A stretch of DNA of 63,942 bases, the filler included, from Octopus bimaculoides (taxonomy: Eukaryota), in assembly GCF_001194135.2 (NCBI RefSeq). It is 5 parts of 5 records of this genome, joined end to end, with 100 filler letters (N's around TTAATTAATTAA, not from the genome) between each part and the next. Parts side by side here need not be neighbours in the genome. Positions count along the whole stretch, not along the records: positions 1 to 29,616 come from NC_068981.1; 4 more parts are not named here. One strand, given 5' to 3'. Position numbers and translations under genes: made by a program. Below are positions 11,006 to 24,240 of this stretch, one piece after another (positions within the stretch are counted from its first letter, which is position 1; each line of letters starts with the position of its first letter). The notes under the pieces were generated by a model. It was not told the DNA's origin and made no database searches. It worked only from the letters and a program-made list of their open reading frames with translations.

Positions 11006-11869
11006 GTGTGTATGTGTGTGTGCATGTGCATATGTGTGTGCGTGTGTATGTGCATATGTGTGTGCATTCGTGCATGCATGTGTGTGCGTGCATGCTTGCG
11101 TGCATCCATGCATGTGTATTTGTGCAAATCCATGGCAGCTGGGAAAAAATGGTGTTGTCTTAATCTGGTACCTGGTTTAACACTACTATCAGATCCTTAG
11201 TACTTCTCACAGAGGCTACTCTGTTGCAAACATTTGTGCCATGTCTTTTAGTCTTTAGTTTGAGCATCATTTCTTCCCAACCTCCTTCCAATCTCAGAAA
11301 CCCTATAAAGTATGACCATCTGCCCTTCTTCCTGACTAAATGATGAACACACACGCACACTTTGGGCCCAAATCTAGCCAAGCATTTTAGTATCAACAAA
11401 ACAAGTACCAGTAATATATTGAGCTTTGTTATTATTTAACCCCAGTTCTGCACTGATGAAACAGACATCACCAAAAGTGTTCTAACTCTAATCCTCTTGT
11501 CCTGTTTTGCATATCAGGAATGACATTATGGAATTGTCCTTCTACCTAAAGATGCTAATTTATAAGGTAAGGGAGATTTGCTGCTATTTCTAGTAGATAT
11601 AGCAACTACACAAATGCTCCTTTGGTTCTTTCAATTAGCTTATATTAAAAAAATTGTAAGGCTTTCGTCAATTAATGTTGTCCATGCCTCTATATATTTA
11701 TGTGGGCCTGGGCAAGATCTTTTGAGGAAGACTGGCTGTTACCCACATATGCAAGTCACCCCTCTCTATGCTTCGTTTAACCAAGAGAAAGGTCATTGTC
11801 ATCGCAGTTGTTGCTGTCAGGGCACAAAGGACCACAACCTGACCCTCTAGCACTTCTACCAATCCAAGT

Positions 11870-12195
11870 GAAGGCATGTGGCATAGTGGTTAGTGTTTTT
11901 GACTCATGGTTGTAAATTCGTTAGAATGTGAGTTCAATTTTGGCTGCACATTGTGTTCTTGAGCAAGACACTTCATTTCACATTGCTCTAGACTACTCAG
12001 CTGGCAAAAGAAATGAGTCATGCCTGTAATTCAAAGGGCCAACCTCATCACATTCTCTGTTATGCTGAATCTCCCTGAGAACTATGTGAAGGGTATGCAT
12101 GTCTGGAGTGCTCATCCACTTGCATGCTAATTTCATGAGTAGGCTGTTTTGTTGATGGGACCAACTGGAATCCTTATGATTGTAACTGAGAGAGA
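11870..12195 (+). mobile_element. SINE family B, tail type 2
   Basis: Colinear with 10711-11005. Confidence 0.8.
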
Positions 12196-12469
12196 GCTGA
12201 TTTTTCTGCAAATCCACCATCCTAGATTAGCACCTCTATCCAACACTTTAATGACTCTGCCAATTTGCTGTCTATTTTAAAAATCAGTCTTGTGATCTAT
12301 GTAAAGAAATCAATAATTAAAAATAAAACCAAAAAATAGAAAAAATAATAATCAATAATTAATTAGAGAAGAAACCCTAGACAAGTAAACTTTAATGAGA
12401 AACAAGTAAACTCAAGTTATTTTTATTTCAAGGACGTGATATAACATCTATGGCAGGATAGCAACAATA

Positions 12470-12651
12470 ATAATCCTTTCTACTATAGGCACAAGGTCTG
12501 AAATTTTCAAGGAGGGGAATAGTCAATTACATTAATCCTAGTGTTTGACTGGAGCTCATTTTATTAATCATGAAAGGATAAAAAGCAAAGTCAACCTTGG
12601 TGGAATTTGAACTCAGAATGTAAAGAGCTAGGAGAAATGTCATCTTGAATA

Positions 12652-12683
<32 letters not shown>

Positions 12684-13102
12684 TTCAAATTTTTGCCACA
12701 AGGGCAGCTTGCGGGAGGAGATTAACTTGACGACATCGACCCCAGTGCATAACTGGTACTTATTTAATCAACCCTGAAAGGATGAAAGGCAAAGTCAACC
12801 TTGGTGGAATACCGCTAAGCATTTCACCCAGCATGCTAACGATTCTGCCAGCTCGCCGCCTTTAATAATAATAATAATAATAATAATCCTTTCTGCTTAA
12901 GGCACAAGGCCTGAAATTTTGGGGGAGGAGACTGGCCGATTACATCGACCCCAGTGTCTCACTGGTACTTAGTTTATTGATCCCGAAACAATGAAAGGCA
13001 AAGTTGTCCTTGGCGGAATTTGAATTCAGAATGCAGTGATGGGCGAAATACCACTAAGCATTTCACGAGGCCCAACACCCTATGATAATAATAATCCTAA
13101 TT

Positions 13103-13169
<67 letters not shown>

Positions 13170-13415
13170 CAGCAGCAGTAGTAGTTGTAGTAGTAGCAGT
13201 AATAATTTAAAATCTTGGCACCAGGCCAGCAATTTCGGAGGAGGTGGTAAGTTGTTTACTTCAACCCTGTATTCAACTGGTACTCATTTTATTGATCCTG
13301 AAAGAAGAAAGACAAAATTGATCTCAATGGAATTTCAACTCAGAACATAAAGACGGACAAAACGCCACTAAGCATTTCACCTGGCATGCTAATGATTCTG
13401 CCCGTTTGCCACCTT
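12470..13415 (-). mobile_element. Four tandem, same-orientation SINE family C copies separated by (AAT)n/(AGT)n
   Basis: Copies at about 12470-12640, 12680-12862, 12888-13075 and 13205-13415, each with GAAAGG(A)T(G/A)AAAGGCAAAGTC(A/G)ACCT(T/C)GG(T/C)GGAATTTGAACTCAGAA. Confidence 0.85.
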
Positions 13416-16400
13416 CGTAATAGTAGTAATTATAATGAGCTTATTGTATATAGTATTCAGGTGCACTACAACTCACTAGAAAAAGAGTGAAAAGGAGGAG
13501 GAACAAAAGCAGTAACAAGTTAAATAAAGAGATGAGCAATGATGATCAAAAATACATGCACAGAACACAGAACAAAATGCAAAAAGACAGAAAAGTGAAC
13601 AGCAATAAGCATAAGGAAAACCAAAAGTACATGCACAGTGAATGGTAAAAGAGCCATAAAAAAAGAAAGGGTGCATACATCGGTGTGTCAGGAGTAGTGG
13701 GCTGCAGTGTCCTGTCAGCTAACAATGGGTAAAAGTAGTTTATTCCATGCTTTAACAACAATAATCCAACCGCTACTCCTCCTATTGCTTATTGAGAAAG
13801 ATTCTGTTACCTTGACACAAGGTCCTTTTATTAAGATAGAGTTTAACCTATATATAACATTGATACTATTTTATAGTTGCAGAGAGGTGAAAATCAAATT
13901 TGAACTATAAAAATTTGAGATGTTTGTATATCTACTATGTAGATTTACATATATTATATCATATCTTAATACTGTGTTGATTGAGCTCCCCATTGACAGA
14001 CTTCTGATATTAAATAAGGTGAATGAAATGAGAAATAAGGAAGGCTTCAAATAAAGTAGAAAGTTTTAAAAGCCTTTATATTTCATGTGCAAAGGCCTAG
14101 CTTCACAAGTATACAGACAAAGAAACATGTATTTGTATAGATCCTTCAATTTTGGATAGTCCAAAATGGCAGGATCTATTGTAGTACATTCATGTTGCTC
14201 TAATTAACTGAGCTGTAAATGAGTAGCCCTATAACTGAAATGTTGTTTAGGAGAAATGTTGTTATTTTGGTCAGTTATATGTTATGGAAAATGTGTCTTA
14301 GGACTCAAGACTGTACTTACTTGGGTAATGAACTGTCTAAATCTTACAGCATTTGTTTCTGCTCTTTGCATACTCAGTTCAATTCCCACCATAACCTATG
14401 TGGGTGGTAGACTTAATCCACTGCCTAGTGTAACATTGTCACCTAGTTCTTGAGTACCTTTAGCAGAGTCCACTTTGTTCAGGTCAACATTCAGACCAAG
14501 TCTCCAGTTTGAAGATAACTTCTTTCTTCCTTCCCAATATCCCTGGAGGCCCTTTAAAGGATCATGTGCACTGTTCTTTCTCCTGATATTACACATCCAT
14601 GGAGCATACTAGCTTCATTTCTTTCAAGCCAACTCATGTCCTCAGCATGTTACAGCCCATGTTTCACTGCCGTGTAGCATGGTTGTTCACACACATGCAT
14701 CATACAGTCTCAAGTGATTTTGCTTTCTATCTTAGGTCTTAACGCCAATGTTGAAGCAAACTGACCAGCCAGAAATAACAGTCATATATTCCTCAAATCA
14801 CACCCTAACATTTTTCTCAAACAGATGCGATGATCACAGCCAGGCTGCCTTTGATTATAAGTCTACAAAGTCAAAGCTGACCTGAGTGAGCTTAAACAAC
14901 TTCAACAACATCACTATTGATCTCCTCCTCCTCCTCTTCCTCCTCCTCCTCCTCTTCCNNNNNNNNNNNNNNNNNNNNNNNNNNNNNNNNNNNNNNNNNN
15001 NNNNNNNNNNNNNNNNNNNNNNNNNNNNNNNNNNNNNNNNNNNNNNNNNNNNNNNNNNNNNNNNNNNNNNNNNNNNNNNNNNNNNNNNNNNNNNNNNNNN
15101 NNNNNNNNNNCACCACCACCACCACCACCACCACCACCACCATCATCATCATAATCCTTTTACATTCACCATCCATGCTGGCATGGGTTACATGATTCAC
15201 CCCACAGTTTAGGTCAGTTGTTGATTTAATAATAATGTTTACATTGCAAAATAACAACATGGATCTGTAACAGAAGCTATGTCCAATATACTTGGTACTA
15301 CAGCAGCATGTTAAGAGTCCAAGCAATATTAATTATGTGGCTATAATGAAATAGCAATGTCTGCAATATATTTGATAAATAAGAGTAAATAATGTTTTAT
15401 TGACAGTCGATGAGCTGAAGACAAATGTGTGTTTCATTGATTGATTGACCGATAAATCCAGTCATGCCAGTATCTAGGGAAAGTGTGTCAGGAAAGAAAT
15501 TTAAGTTTCTTCTCATCTTATAGATTTTAGTAGTTGTTTTAATATCCTGTTGATGTGATGTAATTATGTGGCCTGTGGCTTTTACATGTGACTGTTAGTC
15601 TTATAAACTATTAAAGTTCCTAGTTTCAAGACAGTTATTAGCATGAGTCTTGGGAAACTGATATTCATATAGGTCATCTTAGTAATATAGTTACTAGTCA
15701 TATTTGGTAAAGAATCATCTTCATCACCATCATCACCATCATCGTCATCGTTTAATGCCCATGTTCTGTGCTGGCAGGATCTGATGAGCTCAAAGACTGC
15801 TTCTTGCTCCAATGTCTGCTTTGGAATGGTTTCTGCTACCAGATGTTTTTTCTGATGTCATCCACTTTACAGTGTGTACTGAGTGCTTTCTTTTTTTTGT
15901 GTGTGTCTCCAGCACTAGTGAGACTGTCATGCAGTTTGCAAGACTACAAACCTCAAAGGGACAATTATATGCAAGGAAATGAAGGACAAAAGAAGAGTAA
16001 AAGTATGAAAGGACCAGAGTAGAACATGTTTGTTGCTGAAGAAAAGCTACATGACTACTCACATTTTAGAAGAGAGGGTTAGAGTGAATTCAAATTCTGT
16101 TGAGATTGCTTTTGTCTTTCAGTCTTTTCAGAAGCAATAAAATAGGTACCAGTCAGATATTGGGATTGATCTCAGTACAACCACTAGTCCCTGCATTTGA
16201 GGCTTCGTGTCTTTGTAAGAAACTAACTCTTATGTTATTTAAAGCACTAGTACAGTCACTGTGGTCAAGCGTTCGAGTGATTGATGAAGGAGCAGAAACA
16301 TAGGATTGCAAGGACTATTTAGTCTGGTCCTGCTGAGAACATGACAACCTCTCTAGTGCTGGTGTCATGATAAAGTGCACATCCAGTACATTTTGTGAAG

Positions 16401-16898
16401 TGAGTAGTGTTAGAAAGGGCATCTAGCCATAGAAAACATGCTAAAAACAAAATGGGCAAGCAAGATGTGGTCACTTGACCCATTTAGTGGGGCAATAACA
16501 TCAATTAAGAACTGACTTGGACTGGACTGTGATGAACCATCCAGTTCATGCCAACGTAGAAAGCAGATGTAAAATGCTTTGGTAAAATGCTTTGGTAAAA
16601 TGCTTTGGTCAGCCCAGAGCTATTGTAGAAGACATTTGCTCAAGGTACTATGCAGTAGGCCTGAATCTAAAACCTTGTTGTTGTGAAGTGATCTTCTCCA
16701 CATAGGTATGCCTGTATATACTTCCTAATTACTGAATTCGCTAATGGAGTAGCCAGATTGAGAAGAGTATGTTTGGTTCTGGAATCTGTTCATCATTAAT
16801 TCCTAAATAAGAGAAGTAAAAATTTTAATTTTTATCATCATTTGAAGTTATAAATAATATTTTTTATTTCCTCTTTGCTGGTTGTCTTATCGTGGTAG

Positions 16899-16943
16899 AA
16901 ATGTAAATTCAAATAACAGAATAAAAGAGAAGTTTAAATTGTG
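16899..16943 (+). other. Candidate 45-nt exon (unconfirmed)
   Basis: AG acceptor after a T-rich tract, GTAAGT donor; one open frame (NVNSNNRIKEKFKL) whose phase matches 18445. Confidence 0.2.
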
Positions 16944-17814
16944 GTAAGTTTACTTTCAAAAAGCTAATAGAGGTGGGGGTTAAATGGAACTTAACTGTTT
17001 GAGAATTCCTGATTTAGGTGATGCTTTGAAGTCATATCAGTTTTGCTTCTCATCACACATATTAAGTACCAGTATAATGTCAAGGTTACACCAATTATCT
17101 ATATTCTGTTTGCTTTACAAAATAGTCTTGTGCTTCAGAAAGGAAATGATAATTTCAAGTTTATATGACCAGCCAAGATCTGTATCTTTCACTTATTGGT
17201 CAAAGATGTCATTTAACAAGAAATATCAATTGAAAAAGATTTTATTATGTTTACTAATGTACATTTATCTTACATTTAACAGCCATAATTACATCCATCT
17301 ACATATGTTCATTCTAATCCCTGTGTACCAATATATATATATATATATTTACCAATAAATATACGTTCACTCACAAATTAACATTCAAACATATTTGTTC
17401 ACTATAGTAGCATAATTATGTTTCTATTTTAAACAATAAAACACACTGCATTGCAGTATTTGAATTGTTAAGTAAGCTTACCTTGGAGAGCCAAGAAAGG
17501 ACATTAGCCTGGAGCACAGCCAATACCATAAAGACTACTTTCCTTTATTGCTGCCAAGGAATCTCTTAAATATTCCGTATCTATTCTTGGTGTTTACATG
17601 ATTATTAATTTCAGATTGTAAGTGCCACTTGGTTCTAAGAGTTATACACTCCTCCCCCTGATTTGAACAAAATGTGTTATGGAATTATCAAAAATATAAC
17701 CACGACCCTTAGGAATTACTAATTTTGCAAGACTTATATTAATTATTGCCTGGAACTCTGAATAGTAATTATAAGAAGATTAATAGCCATTGTACCGTGG
17801 CATCATTAATATAT

Positions 17815-18260
17815 CATCATCATTTAGTGTCCGTTTTCTATGCTGGCATGTGTTAGATGGATTACCTGGAACTGGTAAGCTAGAGTGCTGTATCAAGCTC
17901 CAGTCTGGTTTGGCTTGGTTTCTACAGCTGAATACCCTTCCTAATGACAACCACTCCAAGAATGTAGTGGGTACTTTTATGTGTCACCGGCACAAGTGCC
18001 TTTTTTCATGTCACCAGCACAAGTGCCTTTTATGTGTCACCAGCATTGGCCACAACCATGGTTTCACTTGGCTTGACATGTCATCTCAAGCACAACAAAT
18101 TGCCAAAGGTCTCGATCACTTATTATCATCACTTCCATGAGACTCAACAGCCAAAGGTCATATTTCACCACCTCGTCCCATGTTTTTCTCTGGGTCTACC
18201 TCTTCTACAGGTTCCCTCCACAGTTAGAGATTGACACCTTTTTACACAACTGTCCTCATA
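17815..18260 (-). mobile_element. RTE-clade LINE 3' end (ORF2 C-terminus plus 3' UTR, GAT-rich tail)
   Basis: EDSCVKRCQSLTVEGTCRRGRPR followed by a UTR carrying TTAGGAAGGG(T/C)AT(T/C)CAGCTGTAGAAAC; UTR-only copies at about 15770-15900, 16360-16570, 18915-19020, 20161-20412 and 23360-23560. Confidence 0.75.
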
Positions 18261-18444
18261 TGTATGTGTGTATATATACATATAATTAGTACAACGATAA
18301 TGCAAATAAAACCTAGCAGCAAATAAAAGGAAATTAAGTAACAGCACCTAGTGATTTTTTGTTAAAACACACGTGAACTTCCAGAACTGATATCATGAAA
18401 GATTAATTTATCATAATTCAGTTTATTTTTCCCTTTCTTTTCAG

Positions 18445-18500
18445 TATGACTGAAATAACTTTTAAAGTGAATGAAACCGGTAGCATACTTTGATAAAAAC
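18445..18500 (+). other. Candidate 56-nt exon with strong splice signals; stop codons in all three frames
   Basis: Acceptor TTTATTTTTCCCTTTCTTTTCAG, donor AC|GTAAGT. Confidence 0.35.
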
Positions 18501-18615
18501 GTAAGTACTGTCTTTCTTTTATCCACAAGTTCTCAAAGAATTTTCTACTTTTCATTTTTTAATATTAATGTATTCAAGTAAAACCTCTTAACCTTTTCAA
18601 TATAATTAATACACA

Positions 18616-18659
<44 letters not shown>

Positions 18660-19058
18660 CAGATTATATGTAAGTGTGTGTGTTTGTATGTATATACTGT
18701 GTGATAAATTTACTTCCCAATCACAGGGTTCTGAATTCAGTCCCACTTCATGGTACATTGGGCAAGTGTCTTCTACTATAGCTTCAGGCTGACCAAAGCC
18801 TTGTGAGTGGATTTGATGGATGGAAACTGAAAGAAGCCCTTCATATATATGTATATATATATTCTATGTCTGTATGTCTTTCACTAATGATCAAAGTTTT
18901 ATATGTGTGTCATCATTATCATCATCATTGTTTAATATGTCCGCCTTCCATGCTGGCATGGGTGGGACGGTTTGACAGGAGCCGACCAGGCAGAAGCCTG
19001 CACCAGACTTCTGTGACTGTCTTGTCTCATTTATGTATATATATATATATATATATAT

Positions 19059-19240
19059 GGGAGAATGTACGAAAAAACAACAACAGACAAGGACAGGTGG
19101 TGTAAATAACAAAAGGATGTATTAGTATGACGCTCGGGAATACGGAAAGTCTTTGACGTTTCAAGCTACGCTCTTCAACAGAAAGAATATGGAGACAAGG
19201 AGAAAAACACGGAGAAAAAAAATTCAATAGTGTTCAGTCA
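19059..19240 (-). mobile_element. Solo 3'-terminal unit of the hammerhead-bearing PLE family, embedded in (TA)n
   Basis: Aligns by eye with 31691-31870, 20065-20162 and 58766-58930; (TA)n on both sides. Confidence 0.8.
19150..19186 (-). ncRNA. Minimal type I hammerhead ribozyme, A6U core variant
   Basis: Minus strand TCTTT-CTGTTGA-A-GAGC-GTA-GCTT-GAAAC-GTC-AAAGA: perfect 5-bp stem I, 4-bp stem II, palindromic ACGT stem III, GUC triplet. Confidence 0.7.
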
Positions 19241-19408
19241 TATATATATTCTTGTCTTACTTATGTAGCTGCTATCAGGACCTGTAGGAGTGGTTTAACC
19301 AGTACTTATTTTCAAGTCTGATACTTATTTAATCAGTCTCTTTCACCAAACTGCTAAGTTATAGGGTTGTAAACAAATAAACACCAGTTGTCAAACAATG
19401 GTGGGGGA

Positions 19409-19465
<57 letters not shown>

Positions 19466-20064
19466 CTTCTTCACAGTTTCCATCTACCAGTTCACTCACA
19501 AGGTATTGATTGACCAGAGGCTATGTTAGTAGACACTTGCCCAAAATACTGCACAGTGGGTCTGAACCCAAAACCACGTGGTCATAAAGCAAGCTTGTTA
19601 ACTACACAGCCATGCCATCTTTTATATACCTTTTATATAATCCTTTAATTGTTTCAGTCATTAGACTGTGGCCATACTGGGGCACTAACTTGAAGAATTT
19701 TTAGTTGAATGAATCGACTGCAGTACTTATTTTCTTTTTAAGCCTGATACTTATTCTATCAGTGCTGTTTGCTGAACTGCTAAGTGACAGAGATGTAAAC
19801 ACACCAACACCAATTGTCAAGCAGTGGTGGGGGACAAACACAGACACAGACAGACAGACAGACACACACACTCACACGACAGGTTCCTTTCAGTTTCCAT
19901 CCACAAAATCCACTCACAAGGTTTCAGTTGGCCTGAGGTTATAGCAGAAGACACTTGCCCAAGGTACTAAGCAGTGGGACTGAACTTTGAGCCATGTGGT
20001 TGGGAAACAGATCTCTTACCACACTACCATACTTACACTTTATGTGTGTGTGTGTGTGTGTATA

Positions 20065-20162
20065 GTGAGAATTTACAAAAAACACAAAAGAAGAAGACGG
20101 GTGTGTAAACAACAAACAGAGGTATTAGTTTAATGCTCGGGAAGTGAGATAGTCTTTTACGT
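20065..20162 (-). mobile_element. Truncated 3' unit of the same PLE family, broken at the hammerhead ACGT palindrome
   Basis: Homology stops at GTCTTTTACGT, then an RTE-type 3' UTR starts. Confidence 0.7.
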
Positions 20163-20412
20163 GCCACCAGCACGAGGGCCAGTCACATGGTACCGTTGCC
20201 AGTACCGTGTAACTGGCCCTCATGCCGGTGGCACATAAAATCACCCACTACACTCTCGGAGTGGTTGGCGTTAGGAAGGACATCCAGCTGTAGAAACTCT
20301 GCCAGATCAGATTGGAGCCTGGTGCAGCCTTCTGGCTTGCCAGTTCTCAGTCAAATCGTCCAACCCATGCTAGCATGGAAAGTGGACATTAAACAATGAT
20401 GATGACGATGAT
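20161..20412 (+). mobile_element. RTE-type 3' UTR or RTE-tail SINE with (GAT)n tail
   Basis: GGAGTGGTTGGCGTTAGGAAGGACATCCAGCTGTAGAAAC...CCAACCCATGCTAGCATGGAAAGTGGACATTAAACAATGATGATGACG. Confidence 0.8.
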
Positions 20413-21762
20413 GAATAAGATATTATTTTTGGTTTCCTTATTGTCAAAGCTGTTTCCAAGATTTCTTCATTGGGGTTATTGATGTTTTCATTTTTCATTA
20501 AAGTGCATTCCAATGTCTCAAATAAATCATGTCATAAAGTCAACATTGAAACCCTGGAGTTGTTCATTACTGAGTTTAATTAGTGCAAAGAAAGAGTTTT
20601 GAGTTCAACCCCATGCTTCTATATCCATCAAACAGTTGGGATGATTGGAAGAGCATCTAATTGCAGAAAGATACCAGCATTGTAGTCAGTGAGGAAGAAA
20701 GCTCCTACATAAGGTTCTTGTCTTACTTATGTAGTTGCTACGAGGACCTATAAAAGGGTTTAATCAGTTTTTATTTTTTAAGTCTGATATTTATTTATTT
20801 GGTCTCTTTTGCTAAACTGCTAAGTTACAGGGTTGTGAACAAACTAATACTGATTGTCAAGTAGTGCTCACTCACATACACACATGCATGAACGCACACA
20901 CATACATACACACACATGCACCCACACGCACACATGCACACAGTATTTTTGTCAAGCAAAGCTGCAAAAAGTAATTACCATCTATCATGTGAATAACTGA
21001 GGTGACATTTTTTTTAGAGTGAAGCTCAGTTTTTTTTTACNNNNNNNNNNTAAGAGCATGATGTAAGAGCATGATGTAAGAGCATGATGTAAGAGCATGA
21101 TGGAGAACGATAGCTTGAGCCATCACTTTCACAACTGTTGTTTTTCATGCTGCTGGGCTCCTTCGAACGCTTCCAAGGAGCTAACTTGTTGGGGGTTTTG
21201 GGTTTAGCCACTCTTAGCTGACCCAACCATAAAATGGATTGCATAGGTGTCTGGTATATAAGGTGTCATGCTAATTAGGTGTCATGCTAATTAATCTTGT
21301 TTAGCTCTAGATCAGCCCTGCTCAAAGACATTCCAATTGTGAGCATCCTGTTTTTATGGGAGTATCTAGGACTACATTATCTAAAATGCCTTCGCTTTTA
21401 TTTTAAGATTATAGATTGTGACATGAAGGAGATTCGGCTGCTATTTCTAGCAGGTTGCCAGACTATGTAGCAACTCCTTTGTTGGCTGGTTGGCTGGTTG
21501 GTATGGTCAACAGATTACAGATATGTAAGAGAGCAATAGACAAACTAGTGAATGTAGTTGTCCTAGTATATCGTCTGTGAAGGTTTGCCATTGTTAGACA
21601 CCACTTTGATGTCTGGAATTCTCAGATGTTAAAGAAAGAAATAACACAATTATCTCGAACATTTATTATTGATTTCATCTTGTGTCCACACACAAACATA
21701 TGCATTTATAGACATATAAATACACACGCACACATACATATCTATCTATACATATATACATG

Positions 21763-21800
<38 letters not shown>

Positions 21801-22659
21801 TGCACACACACTCCTAGAAGTATACAGATATACATGCAAGCAAAAAATATACACACACACGCATACACACATGCACACACATATACACATGCACACACAC
21901 ATGCATACACACATGCACATACACACACTCACTCACACACACATTCACACACACAGTCACACACACCCACACACACAACACACACACACAAACACATACA
22001 TGCACACAGTATTTTTGGCAAGCAATGCTGCAAAAAGTAATTACCATCTATCACGTGAATAACTGAGGTGACATTTTTTTTAGAGTGAAGCTCAGTTTTT
22101 TTTTACACCCTTTACTACATCTACCCCCCCTCCATCCCACCCCACTACTTGTCTCACTCAAGAACCTACAATGAGTCTACGTCTCAATTAGCCTCTGAGT
22201 TACTGTACATTTATTCCAGACTGTTGCCATAGAATCTATGTGATGGCCATGAAACCAAAATGAATTCGAATGTAATTTCATAAAAAAAAATCACTATTAT
22301 AGGCACAGGAGTGGCTGTGTGGTAAGTAGCTTGCTTACCAACCACATGGTCCCAGGTTCAGTCCCACCTTGGGCTAGTGTCTTTTCTGTAGCCTTGGGCC
22401 GATCAAAGCCTTGTGAGTGGATTTTAAGATTTTTAGGGATCCATACGAGCAAAATAGTAAATTGAGGACTCGCAATAGCATAAGAATTATGCCTTAGATG
22501 TTTTATGTGGTTTACTTAACTGATATCAAGAGCAGCCAAGTCTCTTTCAAATTGGACTTATTTACTGCAGATCTCATTCAAAATCAAGTCTGACTTAGTA
22601 GCAGGAGCAGCATGATAAAACAATTAATGAAAGATGGTTTGTGAACGTTGGTGTAGTCA

Positions 22660-22689
22660 TCATCTTCGTCGTCGTCGTCGTCGTCGTCG

Positions 22690-22742
<53 letters not shown>

Positions 22743-23345
22743 AGCTTAGAAACAGGTATATGATAGCAAAAGGATAGTAAATGTCAATGTAATACTGCTA
22801 GTTGACGTTGAAGAATTTACATAAGTATATGAATATGATGGACAAGTCGAGAGCTATTGCTGTAGTTGCTGTGGTTATTGTTAAGCCACAGGTCATTGTT
22901 AATTAAAGTAGGCCTATGGTCAAAGGTATTCTAGCTATCACAATACTATTTTCGTTTTTTAATAGCCAGATCATCATTGTGTTTATGGTTGTGGGGTGTG
23001 GTTTGAGGGAGATTTGGCTACTATCTCTTGCAGGCCAGGCGACCACATAAAGGCTCCCTTATTGGTTCAAGTACAAGTAGAGGAATGTCGTCATCATCGT
23101 CGTCATCGTCATCATTGTCGTCATTGTCCGTCATCATCATTGTCGTCATCGTCCGTCGTCGTCATCGTCCGTTGTCGTCATCGTCCGTCGTCGTCATCGT
23201 CTGTTGTCGTCATCGTCCATCGTCATCATCGTCGTCATCATCCGTTGTCATCATCGTCGTCATCGTCGGTCATCATCATCATTGTCATCACTGTCGTCAT
23301 CGTCCGTCATCATCACTGTCATCATCATTGCTGTCACCATTGCCA
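22660..23345. repeat. Compound (CGT)n/(CAT)n/(CAG)n microsatellite and cryptic TCATCG/TCGTCA tract
   Basis: Direct observation at 22660-22746 and 23085-23345; explains the poly-S and poly-H pseudo-ORFs. Confidence 0.9.
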
Positions 23346-23895
23346 TTGTTGTTGTTGTCAAGCTAGCATCTAGCATCCATATTTCATGCTGATGTGGATT
23401 GGATGGTTCGACAGGGTTTAGCTGGTCAAAGGACTGTGTTCAGCTCCAATGTCTGTTTTGATATGGTTTCTATGGCTGGATATCCCTTTCTAATGTCAGC
23501 TATTTTACAAAATGTACTGGATAATTTTTTTGTTTCACCAGCATCAGAGACATCATCAAGTAGCTCACAAGAGAAGACTCTGCCTGAGGGTGGGTTGCAT
23601 TGAGGAAGGTGGCTTATGTCAGGGGTTGAAAAGCAAGAATATGATAGGAGGACAAGAAGAGGTGTCTTGCTGTAGAGGAGATACATGGCTACTCCAGCTG
23701 GAAAAGGAGAGAAGATGGTGAGAATGAGGTGTTAGGATGCACCCTCAAGGTACATAAAGGTGTATGTGAGATGGATGGGGACAGGAGCAGGGGGTTTAGG
23801 TAGAGAGGGACAGAGTGGTCAGTGATTATGCTCCCAGCAGGTTGAAAGTGCAAGCCAGTTTTAGTTCAGATTATTTCTTTTCATTCCCCTTACAG

Positions 23896-23962
23896 AAAAC
23901 TTCCATCTTCAAATAACATGTTTTTTTTTTTTTCTTATATGAAATAACATTATCCAAATAAA
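23896..23962 (+). other. Candidate terminal exon start with AATAAA
   Basis: Acceptor TTTCTTTTCATTCCCCTTACAG ends at 23895; AATAAA at 23957-23962; no nearby donor. Confidence 0.2.
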
Positions 23963-24240
23963 ATGATTTGAATATTGTAATTCCATTTCTCCACTATCAC
24001 TAGTACTGAAATCAGTGAAGTTAATCTCACATTGATGGATATGGCAGATTAAGAATAATAACCAAGCATTAAGATCCAGCTATCTGAGATCAGTATTTAT
24101 TTATTTGACCTTTATATGTAAGACATAAATATCTCATGTGAAAAATAGTATCAATGTACAATGGAAATCATAAACATGAGGAATAGACTGATCTTATAAA
24201 AGACTTCTGAATTATTTGGAAACCAGAAATATGATATGTA

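Larger units (their letters stand above)
18690..20035. mobile_element. Three SINE family A copies (18690-18850 +, 19290-19615 -, 19640-20035 -)
   Basis: Shared CCTTGGGCAAGTGTCTTCTACTATAGC...GTGAGTGGATTTG...GGAAACTGAAAGAAG body with an internal (CA)n/(TG)n; many CpG>TpG changes. Confidence 0.85.

Noticed and set aside
20939-22106. Near-identical 100-bp duplication (20939-21040 and 22005-22106)
   Set aside because: The first copy ends at a 10-N gap and both follow CA-rich microsatellites; most likely an uncollapsed haplotype or contig overlap. Needs read support.
22996-23392. His/Ser/Arg-rich ORFs
   Set aside because: Translations of a cryptic CAT/CGT microsatellite with no splice or domain evidence.
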